Shown: positions 1 through 11,293 of the stretch, in pieces | Layout of the letters: each line of letters opens with the position of its first letter | How positions within the stretch are numbered: the first letter of the stretch is position 1 | Origin: an uncultured Chloroflexia bacterium | GTDB lineage: Bacteria > Chloroflexota > Anaerolineae > CG2-30-64-16 | Direction: 5' to 3' | Assembly: GCA_963774265.1 (NCBI GenBank) | Contig: CAVZDU010000007.1 | Coordinates: 384,001 to 448,000 of the forward strand | DNA length: 64,000 nt | Made by a program: the position numbers and the translations under genes | The notes under the pieces: model-generated | Told to the model about the DNA's origin: nothing | Seen by the model: only the letters and a program-made list of their open reading frames with translations | Database searches by the model: none

Positions 1-874
1 GCTCATCAATCTGCTGTGGGGCACGGGCAGTTTCTTCCCCGGATTCCGGGTGGAACGCGCCGAGCTGCCAGCGAGTCTCTTGGCCTACTATCATGGGCCG
101 CGCTTCGGGGTCACGGGCCTCCGGGCGCGGGTCAAGATCTACGACCGGCCGCTGCTTTGCACCGCAATCAAGCCGATGGGGTTGACGCCGCAGTATCTGG
201 CCGAAATGGCCTATGCGTGCGCGCTCGGCGGCATGGACCTCATCAAAGATGACCACGGCATCACCGATCAACCGTTTTGCCGTTTCGAGGAGCGGGTGAC
301 TCAATGCGCCGAGGCGGTCGCGCGCGCCAACCGGGAGACGGGATTCTCCTGCCTCTACGTCCCGAATGTCACCGGGCCCACCGACCAGATCCTCGCCCGG
401 GCCCGGTTCGCCAGCGAGGCAGGCGCGGGCGGGATCATGATCAGCCCTGGGCTCACCGGCTTCGACGCCATGCGCCAGGTAGCCGATGACAACCGGGTGA
501 AGTTGCCGATCCTCAGCCACCCCACCGGCACCGGGCACTGTGTGCTGCACCCAGAACACGGCTTTTCGCATTATCTTTTTTACGGCCAGTTGCAGCGCCT
601 GGCCGGCGCCGACTCCAGCATCTACATCCAACAGGGCGGTCGTTTCCAGGTGCGCCCTGAGGACTGTTTTGCAGCGCGCGACGGGTGCCGAGACGAGCTG
701 GGCCACATTCGGCCGATCATGCCCATGCCGGGCGGCGGCATGACGCGGGAACGAATCGCAGCACTCAAGGAGATGTACGGCGCTGAGGTCATCTTTCTGG
801 TGGGAGGCGGGCTGCACAGGATGGGTCCCGATCTGGCCGAAAACGTTCGCCAGTTGGTCAGCGCCGTGCGGTGA
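1..874 (+). CDS. RuBisCO-like protein (form IV RLP), 5' end outside window
   Basis: GGMDLIKDDH active-site motif, IKPMGL, YVPNVTG and MPMPGGGM motifs typical of the RuBisCO large-subunit fold. Confidence 0.9.
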   Translation, partial: LINLLWGTGSFFPGFRVERAELPASLLAYYHGPRFGVTGLRARVKIYDRPLLCTAIKPMGLTPQYLAEMAYACALGGMDLIKDDHGITDQPFCRFEERVTQCAEAVARANRETGFSCLYVPNVTGPTDQILARARFASEAGAGGIMISPGLTGFDAMRQVADDNRVKLPILSHPTGTGHCVLHPEHGFSHYLFYGQLQRLAGADSSIYIQQGGRFQVRPEDCFAARDGCRDELGHIRPIMPMPGGGMTRERIAALKEMYGAEVIFLVGGGLHRMGPDLAENVRQLVSAVR

Positions 875-1297
875 TGCCGATGATACACACCGAGAAACAT
901 GTCTTGCTCACCGAAGGCGGCTTTCAGGCCTTCAACGTCACCGAAAAGGCGCGCGCCGCTGTCAAGACTGCCGGCATTCGGCACGGCTCCGTGCTCGTCT
1001 ATTACACCCACACAACCGGGGCTGTGATCGTCGTCGAGCACGAAGCCGGCATCATTGTTGACCTCGAAGACGCGCTGAACAAAATCGCGCCGCCGGACGG
1101 CGAGTACAAGCACCATCTGCGCGGGTTCGACTTCAACGGCTTCGCCCACATCGGCACATCGCTGCTCGGCGTCTCGGTGACCGTCCCGGTGCTCGATGGC
1201 GATCTGCTGCTCGGCGCCTACCAGGAGATCCTAGTGATCGACATGGAGCCAGCGCGCCAAACAGCGGACCATGGTGATCCAGGTTTCAGGGGAGTGA
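871..1297 (+). CDS. YjbQ/UPF0047 family protein, frameshift near 1258
   Basis: HTTGA, YKHH, NGFAH, LLLGAYQEI motifs; the C-terminus KQRTMVIQVSGE* continues in another frame to TGA at 1295-1297. Confidence 0.8.
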
Positions 1298-1299
1298 TT

Positions 1300-1913
1300 G
1301 TGGCGCCACGCATTACGCGCTTGACATTGAAGGTCGGCGAGGTGGTTGTGCCGTCCTTGCCTGAAGCGGCCGCGTCGCTCCTGGCGCCGGGCGTCGAGCT
1401 GCCCCTCCGCGGCGCCGCGCCCTGCTGAACGCAGCGCTTGCCTGTGCCGAAGGCCGCGAGTCGCCGGACCAGTTCTGCGCTGCCGCCGTTGCAATTTGCG
1501 GCGAACGCAGCGAGACAGCGGCCGGCAGGCTGTTCGAGCGGTTGGCGAGCGAACTGGCGCCGCTGGAAGGGATGCCGGCGCTACTGTCGGATCCGGCGCT
1601 GACCTGCGAGCTGTGCCTGGTTTCCGACTACCCTGCCGAGTGGCTGCTGCCAGCATTGACGCGAGGCGGATTAGCGCGCATCTTCCCGGCCTGCAAGATA
1701 GCGTACGTGGCCGATCTTGGGGGATTCTCGGGGCTACTCGACGCGCTGGTCGAACGCGGCGTGATCATGCCCGGCCAGACCCTCTGGGTGGACGCTCACT
1801 CGCCCCACACCTCTGCGGCGCTGCGCAAGGGCATCGACGCGGCCATCTTCGAGGATGCCTGGCGGTTACGGCGCGACCTCGGCATGTGGGGCTTGCTGCC
1901 CCTGTCCGTCTGA
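1300..1913 (+). CDS. Degenerate HAD-fold protein, frameshift near 1410
   Basis: Joining the tail of ORF 871-1428 with ORF 1542-1913 gives a HAD-like layout (LVSDY, TLWVD, AALRKGIDAAIF) with no DxD motif. Confidence 0.45.
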
Positions 1914-1961
1914 GGCACAGGAGAAGCCCGCTGCGCTCACCATGCGGACACCGGTAGGGGT

Positions 1962-2029
1962 TGGCTGGGCGGGGAGGGACTCGAACCCACGACCTTACGG
2001 ATGTGAACCCAGTGTTCTAACCCGCCCCC
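1962..2029 (-). pseudogene. Degenerate tRNA (Val-CAC-like) lacking most of the D arm
   Basis: Reverse complement reads GGGGGCGGGTTAGAACACTGGGTTCACATCCGTAAGGTCGTGGGTTCGAGTCCCTCCCCGCCCAGCCA: T-arm GTTCGA, acceptor GGGCGGG/CCCGCCC, CAC in the loop, mispaired anticodon stem. Confidence 0.65.
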
Positions 2030-2422
2030 GATAATATCTACGATAAGGCTGCTTCAGCAGGCCGTGGGTACTCCACCATTACCATCCGTGCGCACTACAC
2101 ATGCGGTGTAGTTTCACGTCGCACTACGGCGTTGGAGTTAACATAACACTGTGCCCCCAAAGGGATACGAACTTATCCCCTGCACCAGATGGCGGGGGAA
2201 TTGGCGGACAGTGACGTTGTGAGATACGAATTTCCGCACACCGATGGCACACGGGCTGTCTGTCGCGACGGGACTGCGGTCTTGGATACCGTTGGTGAGG
2301 GGGTTGAGCCGTGTCAGGATGTACGTGCCACCGATGTTGAGTACTACGTCAGCTATGACCGCCAGAGTCTCCGAGGCTGCACTGCGTTTTTATAGGCACG
2401 CCCAAATAACTTATGGGCGTGC

Positions 2423-2700
2423 CTATATACTTGGTGCAAGCTCGTAATATGCACCTTTCCGAGTCCCTGATTGAACTAGCAGACTTTTCTCCTCCATCCG
2501 TGTCAAAAGACGTTTGGCCTGCTCAGATTCCAATCGACATAATTCAGCGGCTTCGCTGCGGGTGATGCGTCCCTGCGCGCGCACGTATTGCAGGACCATC
2601 TGCTCTTGCTGGATCGGACCAAAGCCCGCTTGTCGGACATAGTCGGCCCCCTGGCCGAGCCGCTTGTAGACCTGTGCGCTCAACGTGTACGTCCGGGCAC
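2423..2700 (-). pseudogene. C-terminal winged-helix fragment of an AlbA_2/RecG-C-type ATP-binding regulator
   Basis: YTLSAQVY...QQEQMVLQYVRAQGRITRSEAAELCRL...G.RKGAYYEL; no N-terminal domains upstream. Confidence 0.7.
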
Positions 2701-3088
2701 GCGTGCAAGCAACCAGAACCATACCATGTCCCGGCCACGCGATCGGCCTGGATCTCGTCCAGCGTGCTATCAAGTGTCAGCGCGGGACGGGCGGCGGGCG
2801 CACGGTAAGGACGGGACCACCGATGTGTTCCTGAACCTTCTTCGAGTGGCAGCGAGTCAGCTCCCGGAAGATTGTCGGTGGTTGTAGTATTGGCGGGAAG
2901 TACGATTTCGATCTCAAAGCGCCCACCCGTTATCTCTCACTGATGCGATAGCCACCCTCACGCACCAACGCAGCCAATCAGGAGGACAGGGAGTTGTTAC
3001 AGCGAGCGCCTGTCTTGCACCGAAACCCCCGGATTAACGCGTCCAAACCTCTACACTGACTCCGCCCTTAAAATATGAGTGAAACCTA

Positions 3089-3156
3089 TTGACAACCCTA
3101 CCAATCTGACGTATGATACCGGTAACATTACCGGAAATGTTACCGGGAATGTTACC
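3089..3156 (+). promoter_or_regulatory. Sigma70 promoter followed by three tandem LacI-type operators
   Basis: TTGACA 3089-3094, 17 bp spacer, TATGAT 3112-3117; then 12-bp period GGTAACATTACC / GGAAATGTTACC / GGGAATGTTACC. Confidence 0.8.
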
Positions 3157-3223
3157 AGCCGATGCAACAGCAGCGTAGATTCTTCTATCCCAACATTCCT
3201 AACCCATCCAGGAGGCTACAACC

Positions 3224-4642
3224 ATGAAGAAGTCCCCGTATGTCATCTGTGTGCTTCTGCTCGCCGCGATCCTGATCGCGGGCTGCGCGGGCGCACAGCC
3301 CGCCGCCCCGGCGCCGACGGCCGCTCCCGCTGTCGCCGAGCCGACCAAAGCGCCTGAACCGACTGCCGCCCCGGCCGCTGCCGAACCGACCAAGGCGCCC
3401 GAACCGACCGCCGCCCCAGCCGCCAAGCAAAACATCACCCTCACCTACATGGCGAGCCAGGACTGGATCAAGGATGCCGAGCTTGAGTTGGCCAAGAAGT
3501 TCGAGGCTGAGACCGGTATCCACATCGACTACCAGATCATCCCGGCCGATCAATACTTCAATGTGCTGAAGACGAAGCTGAATTCCGGCGAAGCGACCGA
3601 CATCTTCGGTGGCCAGGCCGGCAAGAGCGATCTCAAGCTAAACTACAACGTCGAGCAAAACGCGGTTGATCTCACCGGCGAAGAATGGATCACGCGCGCC
3701 GATCCCAACTCGGTCGATATGGTCTCTTTGGATGGCAAGGTCTATGGCGCCGAAATCTGGGACATCGTCGGCGCGAACTACTTCGTCGTGAACTACAACA
3801 AGGCGATCTTTGAGAAGCTCGGCATCAGCGTGCCGAAGACCTACGCCGAATTCAAGGCCGCCAACGACAAGATCCTGGCCGCTGGCATCACCCCGATCTA
3901 CGAGCCGGTCTCGGACGGCTGGCATCATGTGTTGATGTTCCCGATGACGGGCCCGCGCTTCGAGGAACTCACCCCCGGCTTGTCCGATCAACTGAACGCC
4001 AATAAGACCACGTTCGCCGCAAGCAAGGACATGCTGCTCGCGCTCACGCAGTTGCAGGAAATGTACAAGGCGGGTTACTTCGGCGCGAACGCGTTGGCAG
4101 ACACCTACGCCGACACGCAAAAGGCGATGGCGAGTGGCAAGTATGCCATGACCGTGGCGCCGCTGGGCATGCCCGCCGACATCGAGAAGGCCTATCCTGA
4201 CACAAAGGCCGACACCTTCGGCTTCTTCACGATGCCGCTGGTGGATAACGCCCTGGCCCCCGCCCATCCTGCGGGCCCGGCCAAGTTCATCTACTCCGGC
4301 TCGAAGCACATTGCCGAGGCCAAGCAGTACTTTACCTTCCTGATGAAGCCGGAGAACCTGCAGTATCTGCTCGACAACACGCCGCAGTTCCCGGGGCTGA
4401 ACTTCACCGGTCTGAAGGAGAAGTGGACGCCGGCGCAGGAAGAGTATCTCAAGAACTATCCGGCCAAGGCCATCGTGTACCAGGATTCGGTCAACTACCT
4501 GAACCCGCAGTGGATGGACATCGGCAAGGACTTGACCGCGATGTTCACCGGCGCGCTCACACCGGAAGACGTGCTGAAGAACATTGATCAGCGCCGCGCC
4601 GATATGGCTACGACCGCGAAGGATCCCGCCTGGGCCAAGTAG
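3224..4642 (+). CDS. Carbohydrate ABC transporter substrate-binding lipoprotein (CUT1)
   Basis: GGAGG RBS, lipobox IAGC, repeated AEPTKAPEPTAAPAA linker, SBP_bac_1-like body. Confidence 0.92.
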   Translation: MKKSPYVICVLLLAAILIAGCAGAQPAAPAPTAAPAVAEPTKAPEPTAAPAAAEPTKAPEPTAAPAAKQNITLTYMASQDWIKDAELELAKKFEAETGIHIDYQIIPADQYFNVLKTKLNSGEATDIFGGQAGKSDLKLNYNVEQNAVDLTGEEWITRADPNSVDMVSLDGKVYGAEIWDIVGANYFVVNYNKAIFEKLGISVPKTYAEFKAANDKILAAGITPIYEPVSDGWHHVLMFPMTGPRFEELTPGLSDQLNANKTTFAASKDMLLALTQLQEMYKAGYFGANALADTYADTQKAMASGKYAMTVAPLGMPADIEKAYPDTKADTFGFFTMPLVDNALAPAHPAGPAKFIYSGSKHIAEAKQYFTFLMKPENLQYLLDNTPQFPGLNFTGLKEKWTPAQEEYLKNYPAKAIVYQDSVNYLNPQWMDIGKDLTAMFTGALTPEDVLKNIDQRRADMATTAKDPAWAK

Positions 4643-4690
4643 TCGTCAGGATCAGTGAGAAGCGGAACGTAGCTGCTTAGAGCTGCGTTA

Positions 4691-4840
4691 GTTGCCCCCT
4701 CCCTTCCCGCCGCGGCAGGAGAGGGAGATACGAAAGGGGTTTTGCGGGCGGCCGCGCCGCCCGCAAAACCCTCGAAGAAGATTTCCCTCGCCTTCAGCAT
4801 CCCCCGTGGTTGCGGGGACGCCGAAGGCGAGGGGGCAGCG
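4691..4840. repeat. Intercistronic multi-hairpin element
   Basis: Three nested inverted repeats including GGGTTTTGCGGGCGGC-cgc-GCCGCCCGCAAAACCC, closed by GTTGCCCC...GGGGCAGC. Confidence 0.75.
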
Positions 4841-4914
4841 CCTCATACCTGCGCGAGTCGGCACCAAGAGAATTGCTCTGCCACCCATGGTCCGCCTGTA
4901 CCGCGACGAAAGAT

Positions 4915-5788
4915 ATGAAAAGCAAACCTTACCCGTTCTACCTGATCATTCCCGCGCTGGCGCTCTATTTGACTCTTCAGCGTCATCCCCAGTGTGATGG
5001 GCTTTTTCTATTCCTTCACGGATTGGAACAGTTTCTCGAGTGAGATCAATTTCGTGGGGCTGGATAATGTCAGGCTGATCTTCTCGGCCAATCGAGGTTA
5101 CCTGGCAGTCATTCAGCACACCGTCGTCTTCACTATCGCCACCATCATTATCAAAACGGTGATCTCGCTCGGGCTGGCGTTACTGTTGACCAGAGGCATC
5201 CGGCGGTTTGCCAACTTCCACCGCGTGATCATCTATCTGCCAGCGGTCTTGCCGATGCTGGTCATCAGCCTGGTCTTCAAGTCAATCCTGAACCCGGCCA
5301 CCGGTCTACTCAACACCTCCTTGCGTGCGATCGGGCTGGGCGCGCTCGCGCAAGGCTGGCTGATTGATCCGAAGTGGGCTATGCCCTCGATCATCGGCGT
5401 TGATGTCTGGCGCGGGGTGGGCTACCTGATGGTAATCCTGATCGCAGGTATTCAGGCGATTCCCAAGGACTACTACGAAGCCGCGGCCATTGACGGCGCA
5501 AGTGGCTTCGCAGTATTCCGCTACATCATGCTCCCGATGCTGATGCCGGTGCTCGCTGTGACCACCGTGCTGAACCTGCTGTACGCGCTCAAAGTGTTTG
5601 ATGTGGTGTTTGTGTTGACCAACGGCGGACCTGGGCGCGCAACCGATACCGTCTACACCGCCATCTTCGACGAGTTCTCCAAAGGCAGATACGGCGTCGC
5701 CACCGCCCTGTCAACGATTCTCTTCCTCATCATGATCGTGCTGGGCTATTTTGTGATCAGGTCGATGCATCGGGAGGAGATCGGGTGA
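4915..5788 (+). CDS. Carbohydrate ABC permease 1, frameshift near 4975
   Basis: MKSKPYPFYLIIPAL N-terminus in one frame, FTDWN...YYEAAAIDGA EAA motif in ORF 4994-5788. Confidence 0.9.
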
Positions 5789-6615
5789 TGACCACGATAA
5801 AGCGCCAACTGGCGCACTTACCCAATCATGTGATAGCAATCGGCGTCAGCCTGTCCATGTTTGTCCCGATCTATCTGCTGATCGTGAACTCGCTCAAAAC
5901 GAGAGCCGAAGCCAGCTCGATGGGCGTTGACCTTCCCGCCGCCTTGCGATGGAGCAATTTCGCCGTCGTGGTCGAGAAGGGCAAACTGGCTACGGCGTTC
6001 GGCAACAGCCTCTTGTATGCCGTCGGCGCGACCGTGATCGGCACCATGCTGGCCGCAATGGCCGCCTATGCGCTGTCGCGCAACCGTACGCGCTTCAATC
6101 GAGGGATCTACTTCCTGATCGTGGCCGGCATTGCGATGCCCACCAACTTCGTCACCCTCACCAAGGTGATGCAAGTGACGCATTTGATCAACACGCAGTT
6201 CGGCATCATTCTGCTTTATGCTGCCATGCAAATCCCCTTCAGCGTATTCCTGATATATGCCTTCGTCGAGACGCTGCCGCGCGAACTGGATGAGGCTGCC
6301 ATCATGGACGGATGCAGCCCGCCCCGGCTGTTTTTCTCGATTATCTTCCCGCTGCTCACGCCGGTGCTGGTTTCTGTGGGTGTGTTGAATCTGCTCAACG
6401 TTTGGAATGAGTTCTTGCTGCCGCTGTATTACCTCAATCGCAGCACAAACTGGCCGATGACCCTGGCGGTCTATAATTTCTTCGGACAATACTCGTCCGA
6501 CTGGAGTCTGGTCTCTGCTGATGCCGTGCTCACCGTCCTGCCGGTCATCATCATTTACCTGCTCGCGCAACGCTTCATCATCGCTGGCATGACGACCGGC
6601 GCGGTGAAAGGCTGA
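5785..6615 (+). CDS. Carbohydrate ABC permease 2
   Basis: ELDEAAIMDGC EAA motif, WNEF, GMTTGAVKG C-terminus. Confidence 0.93.
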   Translation: MMTTIKRQLAHLPNHVIAIGVSLSMFVPIYLLIVNSLKTRAEASSMGVDLPAALRWSNFAVVVEKGKLATAFGNSLLYAVGATVIGTMLAAMAAYALSRNRTRFNRGIYFLIVAGIAMPTNFVTLTKVMQVTHLINTQFGIILLYAAMQIPFSVFLIYAFVETLPRELDEAAIMDGCSPPRLFFSIIFPLLTPVLVSVGVLNLLNVWNEFLLPLYYLNRSTNWPMTLAVYNFFGQYSSDWSLVSADAVLTVLPVIIIYLLAQRFIIAGMTTGAVKG

Positions 6616-6620
6616 AGGGC

Positions 6621-7691
6621 GTGAACGAGCTTCTTTGGAAGGAAAACTGGGAGGAATCCCGGCAACACTACCTGGACTGGTGGGCCGGACACGGCCTGGT
6701 CATCAGCATGTGGGAGCACCTGCCCAAGGAAGGCGTGCCGCATGAGGAGGTGCCTGCCCCCGCGCCGGCCAGGGACTGGCAACAGTACTGGTTCGACCCG
6801 GAATGGCGCGCCGCCAATCTTCACTACCAGTTATCCCGCAGCTCGTTCAAGGCCGACATCCTGCCGGTGGCCAACACCCACCTCGGACCGGGCTCGCTGG
6901 CCGCGATCCTCGGCGCTGAGCTCGAGGGCGGCGAAGATACCATCTGGATCCATCCCCGCGCCGAACAAAGCGACGCCATCGTCCTCGATGAAAACAACCG
7001 GTGGTGGCGCACGCATCTCGACCTGATCCGCGCATGCAAACGCCGCGCGCAGGGCCGATACTTCGTCGGCTGCCCGGACTTGATCGAGGGCCTCGACACG
7101 CTGGCCGCGCTGCGCGGCACGCAGCCGGTGCTGCTGGATATGATGGATCGGCCCGCAGAACTGGCGCAGCAGGTGCAGGCGATCAACGACATCTGGTTCC
7201 AGGTCTTCGAGCGGATCTACGGCGAGATCAACGAAGGCGGCGAAATGGCCTTCTGCTACTTCTCCATCTGGGGGCCGGGCCGGGTGGCCAAGCTCCAGAG
7301 CGACATTTCGGGCATGATTTCAACCAGGAATTTCCGCCGGTTCGTGCAGCCGTTCATCCGCGAACAATGCCAGCGGTTGGACTATTCGCTCTATCACCTG
7401 GATGGGGTGGCCGCAATGCGCCACCTCGACGCACTGCTGGAAATCGAGGAGCTGAACGCCATCCAGTGGACGCCCGGCGTCGGCCAGCCGCAGGGCGGGG
7501 ATCCGTGTTGGTATGACCTGTACAAGCGGATACGCGCCGGGGGCAAGGCGATCATGCCCTGCTGGGTGGAGCTGAACGAATTGCAGCCCCTGCTCGACGC
7601 AGTGGGCCCGGCCGGGGTGAATGTGCTCATGCACTTTCAGTCGGAGCGGGACATCGATGCCGCACTAGAAATCGCGGCGCATTACCGGTGA
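6621..7691 (+). CDS. URO-D/methyltransferase-like TIM-barrel protein
   Basis: ALRG...LLDMMDRP, LQSD, YHLDG, IQWTPG motifs of the URO-D-like family. Confidence 0.7.
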   Translation: MNELLWKENWEESRQHYLDWWAGHGLVISMWEHLPKEGVPHEEVPAPAPARDWQQYWFDPEWRAANLHYQLSRSSFKADILPVANTHLGPGSLAAILGAELEGGEDTIWIHPRAEQSDAIVLDENNRWWRTHLDLIRACKRRAQGRYFVGCPDLIEGLDTLAALRGTQPVLLDMMDRPAELAQQVQAINDIWFQVFERIYGEINEGGEMAFCYFSIWGPGRVAKLQSDISGMISTRNFRRFVQPFIREQCQRLDYSLYHLDGVAAMRHLDALLEIEELNAIQWTPGVGQPQGGDPCWYDLYKRIRAGGKAIMPCWVELNELQPLLDAVGPAGVNVLMHFQSERDIDAALEIAAHYR

Positions 7692-7781
7692 CATTTGGAA
7701 TCAAGCTTTCAAGAAGCTACAGTGTTGCTTCTTGAGGGTCATTCTGAGACCGCCATCTATGATTGGATTCGAGAACATCTG

Positions 7782-10199
7782 ATGTCCACATTGACCTACG
7801 AAGTCCGCCCTGATGGGTTGTATATCCGCAGCGATCGGGGTCGGCTGGCGCTTACGCCTTACACACCGCGTGCGATCCGCGTCCGTTACACCCTGAAACC
7901 GGATTTCAGCGCCCGACCGAGCTTGATGGTCGTCTCGCAGCCTGAAGCGGACATCCGCTTCAGCGTCGAGGAGACGCCGGATAGCCTGCTGTTCACGACG
8001 TCCGAGCTGATCGATCGAGATCGACCGGCAGACCGCCGCGTTCACCTATCGGGATAACCAGGGCCGCCTGCTGACCCGAGAACCCGCCCGCGGCGGCAAG
8101 ACATTGGAACCGATCGAGGTGGCCGTCTCCGTATTCGACGATGCAACCATGACCGAGGACGAGAAAGCGTCGACGGCGTGCGCATCCACGCGCGGAATGT
8201 GCGCAAGGTTGTGGATCGGCAAGCGTATCACACCAAACTGGCGTTCGAGTGGGCGGACGGCGAGGCACTCTATGGCCTCGGCTCGCACGAAGAAGGCATG
8301 CTGAACTTGCGCGGCCAGCACCAATACCTGTACCAGGAGAACATGAAGGCAGTCGTCCCGGTGCTGGTCTCCACCCGCGGCTACGGGATCCTGCTCGACA
8401 GCGCTTCGCTGATGACCTTCCACGACGACGCCTTCGGGTCCTACCTGTGGACCGATGTGGCGGATGAGCTGGACTACTACTTCGTCTACGGGCCTGAGCT
8501 CGACCAGATCGTCCATGAGCTGCGCGGCCTGACCGGCAAGGCTCCGATGTTGCCCAAATGGGCGTTCGGCTACGTGCAGTCCAAGGAACGGTACGTCTCC
8601 CAGGAGGAACTGCTCCAGGTCGTCCGGGAATACCGGGCACGCGGTCTGCCGCTCGACTGCATCGTGTTGGATTGGAAATCGTGGACGGGCGAGCTGTGGG
8701 GACAGAAGACGCTGGACCCGGAGCGCTTCCCCGATCCACAGCGGATGACGGCCGAGCTGCACGCCTTGCACGCCAGGCTGATGATTTCCATCTGGCCGAT
8801 CATGCGGCCGGGCGGCGCGAACTGGCAGGAGATGCACGAGCAGGGCTTCCTGCTGGGGAACCAGGCCACCTACGACGCGTTCAACCCGGCGGCGCGCGCG
8901 TGCTACTGGAAGCAGGCCGACGCCGGCCTCTTCTCCCAGGGGATAGACGCCTGGTGGTGCGATTGCACCGAGCCTTTCGAGGCGGATTGGCAGGGCGCGG
9001 TCAAGCCCGAACCGGAAGAACGGCTGCGCATCAACACCGAGGAGGCCAAGCGCTATCTCGACCCGGCATTGATCAATGCATATTCGCTGCTTCATTCCCA
9101 AGGCATCTACGAAGGGCAGCGCCGGATCACCGACAGCAAACGGGTGGTGAACCTGACCCGCTCGGCCTACGCGGGGCAGCAGCGCTACGGGACCATCACC
9201 TGGTCGGGCGACATCGCAGCCAGTTGGGAGACGCTGCGCCGGCAGATCGCCGAGGGTCTCAATTTCTGCACGACCGGATGCCCCTACTGGACCGTGGATA
9301 TCGGCGCGTTTTTTGTGAAGCGCAAGCCCGATCTCTGGTTCTGGCAGGGCGACTACGATGCGGGTGTCGAGGATCTGGCTTACCGGGAGCTGTACGTGCG
9401 CTGGTTCCAGTTGGGGGCGTTTCTGCCGATGTTCCGCGCGCACGGCACCGACACCCCGCGCGAGATCTGGCGCTTCGGCGAGCCGGGCGAACCGATGTAC
9501 GACGCGCTGGCGAAATACCTGCATCTGCGCTACCGGCTGCTGCCCTACATCTACTCGCTCGCCGGTTGGGTCACGCAGGACGATTACACGCTGTTGCGCG
9601 CCCTGGCCTTCGACTTCCGAGCTGACCCAGCCGTGTACGACATCCGCGATCAGTTCATGTTTGGGCCCGCGTTTCTGGTCAATCCGGTGACGCAGCCGAT
9701 GTACTACGCCGTCGGATCTACGCCGCTGGCGGGCGTCGGCACAGACGCCGCACCGTCTATCTGCCGGCCGGCTACGACTGGTACGATTTCTGGACCGATC
9801 GACGGCTTGCCGGCGGACAGACGGTGCTGGCGGACGCCGCGCTCGACATCTTGCCGCTCTACGTGCGCGCCGGATCGATCGTGCCGATGGGCCAACCCAT
9901 GCAATACGCGGATGAGTTGCCCGATGCGACCCTCGAGCTGCACATCTATCCGGGCTGCGACGGCAGCTTCCTGCTTTACGAGGATGAAGGCGACAGCTAT
10001 AATTACGAGCAAGGGGCTTTTTCCACGATCCACATTCGCTGGCAAGATACGGCCAGACGCCTGCTTCTGGATGCACGCACCGGATGCTACCCCGGCATGC
10101 AGGAGCGGCGCACGTTCCAGGTGGTCCTGCACGGCGAAGGACAGCCGGAGCACCAGACAGCTCGTCTACGAAGGCGAGCCGATCATGTTAGGGTTTTGA
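7782..10199 (+). CDS. GH31 alpha-glycosidase (alpha-xylosidase-like), about four frameshifts
   Basis: PKWAFGYVQS, IVLDW, WWCDCTEP nucleophile motif, WSGDI, MFRAHG, LYEDEG spread over ORFs 7695, 8104, 8178 and 9824. Confidence 0.9.
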
Positions 10200-10229
10200 T
10201 CTGTTTTGATCTGAAAGGAAAGCCAGTCA

Positions 10230-11272
10230 GTGGCAGAGACCTGCAAAGCTCAAGAAGACGACCATCGTAGACATCGCCGAGGCTGCTGGGGTATCCGTGT
10301 CCACGGTTTCCCGCATCCTCAACAACAGGCCGGATGTCGCCGAGGAAACCCGCCAGCGCGTCCTGCAGGTGATCGAGGAACAACGGTTCGCACCGCAGGT
10401 CGCCTGGCAGCAACTGCGTTCAGGGAAAAGTCGCGTGGTTGCCTTGCATTTTCCGCAGGACTTCAACCCGCCATCGCAAGACATCATCACCGGTGCGGCG
10501 CTGCACTGCGCAGGCGTGAATTATTCCCTTAATCTCATGGCCCAGACACTCACCGAACCCGATCTGTTGGCGGTCTATCGCCAGCGGCCAGGCGGATGGC
10601 ATGATCCTGATGGAGATCCTGACGCGCGACTGGCGGGTTGAACTGCTGCGCAAACACGGGCTCCCCTTTGTGATGATCGGCCGCTGCGAGGATAACACGG
10701 GCCTGAGCTACGTAGACGTCGACATCGCCCGCGGCGTGGCCGACGCCGTCCGGCATCTGTTTGAGCTGGGACACCGGCGGATCGGCTTCGTCACCATTGC
10801 GCCGATCCTGCAGCGGCGAGAATACGGGTACGCAACCTGGGCCCTGAAAGCCTACCAAGAGACCTGCCAGCAATTCGGACTGCCGGGCCTGTGGCAGGCA
10901 GTTGATCTCAAGTCGAACCACGTCCACGACGTCGTTCTTGAGTTTCTTGGGGAAAATCCTGAGATCACGGCGATCGTGACGCCCCAGGATGCGGGCGTGC
11001 CGGGCATTTTGCGGGCCGTGCGGTCGCGCGGTCTGCGCATCCCGCAAGATATCTCGGTGGTCGGGTTGCTGAGCGATTCTCTGGCCGAGTTCATTACGCC
11101 CCCCTTGACCTCGATCAATTTCCCCTCGCGCGAGATGGGGCAGGAAGCGGCCAACATCTTGATTGCTCAGTTGGAAAACCGCCTGCACACGGTCCAGCAG
11201 GCCTTACTCCCGGCCGCCCTGCGCGTGCGCGGCAGCACGGGGCCGGCGCGAGCTGTATCTTCGGCTCAATAG
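10230..11272 (+). CDS. LacI family regulator, frameshifts near 10240 and 10590
   Basis: TIVDIAEAAGVSVSTVSRILN helix-turn-helix; GHRRIG, IPQDISVVG, PPLTSI. Confidence 0.9.
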
Positions 11273-11293
11273 CCTGTTCGTATTGCGAGGAGT

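Noticed and set aside
2030-2422. Short ORFs 2189-2395 and 2244-2447 and nearby small hairpins
   Set aside because: No RBS or recognisable motif; probably island debris
3295-3425. Tandem DNA repeats at the start of the SBP gene, with similar low-complexity sequence at 41650-41750
   Set aside because: They encode ordinary Ala/Pro/Thr lipoprotein linkers
8046-10076. Long antisense ORFs (676 aa here; others at 55877-57262 and 52480-53928)
   Set aside because: Shadow ORFs of high-GC genes with no recognisable motifs
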